DNA of 64,000 nucleotides, taken from the NCBI RefSeq assembly GCF_003286125.1, contig NZ_QMED01000002.1, forward strand, positions 212,634 through 276,633. Direction: 5' to 3'. Below, in pieces: positions 59,526 to 64,000 of the stretch. The position numbers and the translations under genes were made by a program. How positions within the stretch are numbered: position 1 is the stretch's first letter; every line of letters starts with the position of its first letter. Origin of the DNA: Algibacillus agarilyticus. GTDB lineage: Bacteria > Pseudomonadota > Gammaproteobacteria > Enterobacterales > Alteromonadaceae. The notes below the pieces were generated by a model that was given only the letters and a program-made list of their open reading frames with translations, did no database searches and was not told where the DNA came from.

Positions 59526-59957
59526 ATGACGACTATTTTATGGCTTAAAGCCTTGCATATTTCATTTATGGTTGCTTGGTTTGCGGGTATTTTTTATCTA
59601 CCTCGTTTATTTGTTTATCATGCTGAATCCCAACAAAAAGATTGCCAATCACAATTTAAAATAATGGAACGCCGTTTGCTGTTATTTGTCACACCTTGGG
59701 CTATTTTAACTTTAGTTTTTGGTGTCGCGTTGATCATGGCTTATGGTTCAGAGTGGTTTGCGGCAAGTAAGTGGTTACATATTAAAATAACCTTAGTCGG
59801 TTTACTCTATGCTTATCATGGCTATTGCTTTAAATTACTCAATGATTTTAAGCACGACCGTAACACTAAATCACCGCGCTTTTATCGCCTTTTTAATGAA
59901 GCCCCTGTGCTTATATTATTTGCTGTGGTTATTTTAGCGGTTGTAAAACCGATTTAA
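59526..59957 (+). CDS. hemJ: Protoporphyrinogen oxidase HemJ (UPF0093 family)
   Basis: WLKALHISFMVAWFAGIFYLPRLFVYH N-terminus characteristic of HemJ; 143 aa, 4 TM. Confidence 0.7.
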   Translation: MTTILWLKALHISFMVAWFAGIFYLPRLFVYHAESQQKDCQSQFKIMERRLLLFVTPWAILTLVFGVALIMAYGSEWFAASKWLHIKITLVGLLYAYHGYCFKLLNDFKHDRNTKSPRFYRLFNEAPVLILFAVVILAVVKPI

Positions 59958-60083
59958 TCTTGAGCCTTGCAGACAAAAACACCGTCATAAAAAGTTAAAT
60001 TTGCAGACAAAATTAACGACTTTTTGCTATAGTTAGCGCCCAGCAACGCTAATCCCTATCATCCTCGCTACAGGTATAAACAC

Positions 60084-61106
60084 ATGTTTAAGTTTCAAGG
60101 CGCAGATATCTTATCTGTTAACCAATTCGACCATGCAAGCATTGAATATCTCTTTACTATTGCTGACACCATGCAACCTTATGCACATCGTAAAAAACGG
60201 ACACGTGTTTTAGATGGCGCGATTTTAGGTAATTTATTTTTTGAACCGAGTACTCGCACCCGAGTTAGTTTTGGTACGGCTTTTAACCTGTTAGGCGGGC
60301 ATGTTCGTGAAACAGTCGGTTTAAGCTCTTCTGCTTTAGCAAAAGGTGAATCACTGTATGATACTGCGCGTGTATTAAGTAGTTATAGTGATATTATCGC
60401 AATGCGACACCCTGATTCTGGCTCGGTAGCCGAATTTGCCGAAGGGAGTCGTGTGCCGGTAATTAATGGTGGCGATGGTGCAAACGAGCATCCAACCCAA
60501 GCATTATTAGATTTATATACCATCAGCAAAGAGCAATCGAGCCATGGCAAAACCATCGATGGCATGCACATTGCGATGGTTGGCGATTTAAAATATGGCC
60601 GAACCGTACACTCGCTTTCTAAATTACTTAGCTTATATAAAAATATTAAATTTACTTTTATCGCCCCCGATGAATTAGCCATGCCTAGCTACATTATTGA
60701 TATTGTTGATAAAGCAGGTCACCAATATGAAATAACAGAACAGCTTGAAGGCAATTTAGATGCCGACATCGTGTATCAAACTCGTATTCAGCAAGAACGT
60801 TTTCCATCTGAAGAAGAAGCGAATAAATACCGCGGTAAATTTAGATTAAACCAAGCCATTTATACCCAGCACTGTAAATCAAACACCGTTATTATGCATC
60901 CTTTGCCTCGCGATTCGCGTGCAGATGCAAATGAGCTCGACAACGATATGAATCAAAACCCTAATTTAGCTATATTCCGCCAAGCGGATAATGGCGTACT
61001 GGTGCGTATGGCGCTTTTCGCCACCACATTAGGTGTTGAAAGCATATTAAAAGATCATGAATGTGATGTAATTTGGCACAGCCAAAAAGCCAACTTAGGA
61101 TTATAA
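60084..61106 (+). CDS. pyrB: Aspartate carbamoyltransferase catalytic chain (PyrB-like, long form)
   Basis: FFEPSTRTRVSF carbamoyl-phosphate motif, HPLPR, and QALLD...G..IAMVGDL..GRTVHS pattern; no pyrI downstream. Confidence 0.7.
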   Translation: MFKFQGADILSVNQFDHASIEYLFTIADTMQPYAHRKKRTRVLDGAILGNLFFEPSTRTRVSFGTAFNLLGGHVRETVGLSSSALAKGESLYDTARVLSSYSDIIAMRHPDSGSVAEFAEGSRVPVINGGDGANEHPTQALLDLYTISKEQSSHGKTIDGMHIAMVGDLKYGRTVHSLSKLLSLYKNIKFTFIAPDELAMPSYIIDIVDKAGHQYEITEQLEGNLDADIVYQTRIQQERFPSEEEANKYRGKFRLNQAIYTQHCKSNTVIMHPLPRDSRADANELDNDMNQNPNLAIFRQADNGVLVRMALFATTLGVESILKDHECDVIWHSQKANLGL

Positions 61107-61118
61107 GAAGTAGAGACT

Positions 61119-62405
61119 ATGACCCGATCTGAACAACTTTTTTCACAAGCCAAGAAAAGCATTCCTGGCGGCGTAAATTCTCCCGTTCGAGCCTTTAATG
61201 GCGTAGGCGGCGATCCTGTTTTTATTCAAAAAGCCGATGGTGCTTATTTATTTGATGCCGATGATAAACAATACATTGATTATGTCGGCAGCTGGGGGCC
61301 TATGATTTTAGGCCATAACAATAGTGCGATCCGTGAAGCTGTGCATCAAGCAGTAGAACGTGGTTTAAGCTACGGTGCGCCAACAGAAAATGAAATCGTG
61401 ATGGCAGAGCTAGTTAAAAAGCTCGTCCCTTCAATGGAAAAAGTCCGCATGGTTAATTCGGGAACCGAAGCCACCATGACCGCCATTCGTTTAGCTCGTG
61501 GGTATACTGGCAAAAACAAATTACTCAAATTTGAAGGTTGTTACCACGGTCACGCTGATAGCTTATTAGTTAAAGCGGGTTCGGGCATGTTAACACTCGG
61601 CGAGCCTAGTTCACCAGGCGTGCCGGCTGATGTAGCGAAACATACGTTAACAGCAACTTACAATGATTTAGCTTCAGTTGAAGCCTTGTTTGCCGAATTT
61701 GGTGATGATATCGCTTGTATAATTGTTGAACCGGTAGCAGGCAACATGAACTGTATTCCGCCAACTAACGATTTTTTACAAGGCCTCAGAGCAATTTGCG
61801 ATAAATACAATGCGGTATTTATTTTAGATGAAGTAATGACAGGCTTTAGAGTTGCGTTAGGCGGAGCACAAGCACACTACAAGGTAACTCCAGATTTAAC
61901 CACACTAGGTAAAGTGATTGGCGGCGGCATGCCTGTTGGCGCTTTTGGTGGTAAAGCCGAAATAATGGCCTGTATTGCACCTGAAGGCCCTGTATATCAA
62001 GCCGGTACATTATCGGGTAACCCGATAGCCATGGCAGCGGGTATTGCAGCTTTAACGCAATTAGATGAAAACCGCGACGCTATTTACGCGGATATCACTG
62101 CAAAAGCTAAACGCATTGTTGAAGGGTTTCAACAGGCGGCCGATGATGCCGGTATTGCGTTAACCACAAATCAAGTTGGCGGTATGTTTGGCTTTTTCTT
62201 TACCGATGAAAAACATATCACCTCATTTGCTCAAGCAACACAATGCAATATGGAACAATTTAAAAAGTTCTATCATTTAATGCTTGAACAAGGTGTGTAT
62301 TTAGCGCCAAGTGCATATGAAGCCGGTTTTACTTCAACCGCTCATACCGATGACGATATTGAAAATACAATAAAAGCGGCAGCTCACGCATTCAAACAGC
62401 TTTAA
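61119..62405 (+). CDS. hemL: Glutamate-1-semialdehyde 2,1-aminomutase
   Basis: Full-length HemL pattern ([24 protein letters not shown]-lysine region TLGKVIGGG). Confidence 0.95.
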   Translation: MTRSEQLFSQAKKSIPGGVNSPVRAFNGVGGDPVFIQKADGAYLFDADDKQYIDYVGSWGPMILGHNNSAIREAVHQAVERGLSYGAPTENEIVMAELVKKLVPSMEKVRMVNSGTEATMTAIRLARGYTGKNKLLKFEGCYHGHADSLLVKAGSGMLTLGEPSSPGVPADVAKHTLTATYNDLASVEALFAEFGDDIACIIVEPVAGNMNCIPPTNDFLQGLRAICDKYNAVFILDEVMTGFRVALGGAQAHYKVTPDLTTLGKVIGGGMPVGAFGGKAEIMACIAPEGPVYQAGTLSGNPIAMAAGIAALTQLDENRDAIYADITAKAKRIVEGFQQAADDAGIALTTNQVGGMFGFFFTDEKHITSFAQATQCNMEQFKKFYHLMLEQGVYLAPSAYEAGFTSTAHTDDDIENTIKAAAHAFKQL

Positions 62406-62427
62406 TAAACAAAGATTTAAAGCAAGA

Positions 62428-62458
62428 AAGGCAGCTACTTTAGCTGCCTTTTATTTTT
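62428..62458. terminator. Bidirectional rho-independent terminator between hemL and the DUF445 gene
   Basis: AAAGGCAGCTA-CTT-TAGCTGCCTTTTATTTTT. Confidence 0.65.
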
Positions 62459-62485
62459 ATATACCCAAGCCACTTGAGGGTAATA

Positions 62486-63193
62486 TTAAAAGCCAGCGAG
62501 CTCAGCAATCAAACCAATTAAACCGCCAAACACACCACCCCAAACAACTAACCAACCTAAATGCTGTCTGATCATCTCTTGAATAATGTTTTTAACCAGC
62601 GCCGGCGTTAACTCATTCAAGCGTTTTTCAATAATGGTTTCTATCTTAACCATTAAATCGCCTTGTAACCCTGGTTGTGTCATTTGTTCAGCTAGCGCTT
62701 GATTAAAAGATTCACTACTGGCGATCTCAGCTAACGTCGTTTTCATTTTTACAATAAAAGGTTCTTTTAACGGAACCAGTGCTTCGGCACCGCCAACCAT
62801 CGCTAACATGCCACCAAATGATGATTCTTGAATGGTACTCACTAATGAATCAAACGCTGGCGATAAATCTGTATTTTCAATAATCGGCTCTAAGTTTAAA
62901 GCGGGAGCAACAGCACTGTCACTACTCAAAAATTGATTAATATTTTCGGGGGTAAAAAATTGCTTCATCATCAGTGTTTTAATACCGACTTTAAAATCTT
63001 CAAAGCGAGCAGGAATAACGCCAGAGCCATATAATCCCGGTATTTTTTCAAACAACATATGAATAGCAAGCCAGTTAGTAATGCTACCCGCTAATGCAAA
63101 AACGCCGATACTAAAAATGAGATTATATTGAAGAAAGTAGCCGATTAAAGCCGTGCTTAACGCTAATAGATTGGTTACTAAACTTTTGTTCAT
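62486..63193 (-). CDS. DUF445-family membrane protein
   Basis: N- and C-terminal TM helices flanking a soluble region; pattern recalled as DUF445. Confidence 0.55.
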   Translation of the reverse strand: MNKSLVTNLLALSTALIGYFLQYNLIFSIGVFALAGSITNWLAIHMLFEKIPGLYGSGVIPARFEDFKVGIKTLMMKQFFTPENINQFLSSDSAVAPALNLEPIIENTDLSPAFDSLVSTIQESSFGGMLAMVGGAEALVPLKEPFIVKMKTTLAEIASSESFNQALAEQMTQPGLQGDLMVKIETIIEKRLNELTPALVKNIIQEMIRQHLGWLVVWGGVFGGLIGLIAELAGF

Positions 63194-63523
63194 GGTGCTG
63201 ACTTATTACTAAATTTGAGAATAGGCGGATTCTACCGTGTAATTTTTGAATAATAAACATGCGCTCTCTTTTGATACCTTCCTTTTATAATAAGAAAGAG
63301 CAAAAGAAAGACACCTTGCTATTTAATTGGTTATTAAATAAACAGATTTTTAATTAGTTTTAAAAAAATAACAAAAATGTTACAACGAAGTATTTACTAG
63401 AGCTACTTTTTATTGAATAGCGATGCTAAACTGATATTTAAACAACGTTTATATTTTACTAACGGTATCAGTCACCTGTCTCTCTGATATCGCCTCATCT
63501 AATTTTAAAGGGAGAATTGACCC

Positions 63524-63817
63524 TTGTTTGACAATAATTCGGTTACTTATTCAGTAAATAACAGCACAATTACGCTACGTGATGATAAAAAAGAACTTTT
63601 ATTAGTTACAGCGCCTGATTACCAAAACATCTCGGTAACACGCCATGGCGTTAAATTTGTAAATGATGAGCCGCAAAAACGCTCTGGTATTAAGAATGTG
63701 TTTTTGCATGAAGTTTTTAAAAAAGACAAAGATTTTTTCTTTATTAAAGCCGGTAGTACTGAATATCAGGTCGATTTAAAATATAAAGAAAAGCCGATCA
63801 CCGTTATGAAATTCTAA
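63524..63817 (+). CDS. Hypothetical small protein (97 aa)
   Basis: Clean ORF with an RBS-like GGGAGAATTGA upstream; stop overlaps the start of the next ORF (TAATG). Confidence 0.35.
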   Translation: MFDNNSVTYSVNNSTITLRDDKKELLLVTAPDYQNISVTRHGVKFVNDEPQKRSGIKNVFLHEVFKKDKDFFFIKAGSTEYQVDLKYKEKPITVMKF

Positions 63818-64000
63818 TGCAATTTATTCTAGAATACCGCGCCTACTTTGATATCGCTATTGTCATTGTAGGCGTCATTACTTTACTGCTTTTATTAAGG
63901 CCCGTTTTTGCTTGGTACTTTAAGTATGATGAGCAAATACATGAGTTAAAACGAGTTAATGAACAGCTTAAAAAGCAAAATGAAAACGTTGTGAAACTGC
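63818..64000 (+). CDS. Hypothetical membrane-anchored coiled-coil protein, N-terminal fragment (runs off the window end)
   Basis: ATG at 63818 overlapping the upstream stop; TM helix (IAIVIVGVITLLLLL) then heptad-like HELKRVNEQLKKQNENV. Confidence 0.3.

Overview
This 64 kb window looks like chromosomal DNA from an AT-rich marine gammaproteobacterium. Gene content and synteny suggest an Alteromonadales/Colwellia-like organism, but that is an inference and no database search was run. Most of the window is conserved housekeeping genes in Enterobacteria-like blocks: prkB, yaiI, pyrE, rph, yicC; gpmI-envC-yibQ next to yibN-grxC-secB-gpsA; erpA-clcA-hemJ-pyrB-hemL. No rRNA, tRNA, CRISPR array, transposase or integrase was recognised. 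Three regions depart from the housekeeping background. (1) A more AT-rich accessory island at about 8.5-17.2 kb carries a hipBA toxin-antitoxin pair, a SEC-C protein, an XRE regulator with an iterated operator-like repeat, a ravA/viaA-like MoxR AAA+/VWA pair, a RelE/ParE-like gene and a three-gene cassette of unrecognisable secreted and membrane proteins. It is followed by a two-component system and a TonB-dependent receptor. (2) A minus-strand operon at 25.8-33.7 kb encodes an NfeD/YqiJ-like protein, a long flotillin (YqiK-like) and a 1693-aa protein with an N-terminal globular region, a long coiled coil and a C-terminal MoxR/AAA_5-type ATPase domain. This is the best candidate for an undescribed system. 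(3) A modular, hairpin-rich repeat element of about 130-230 bp with TATAGTC/GACTATA termini occurs three times in intergenic DNA. Several in-frame and intergenic tandem repeats and a 270-bp element flanked by inverted repeats are also present. All calls rest on motif and remembered-homology recognition from the translated ORFs.
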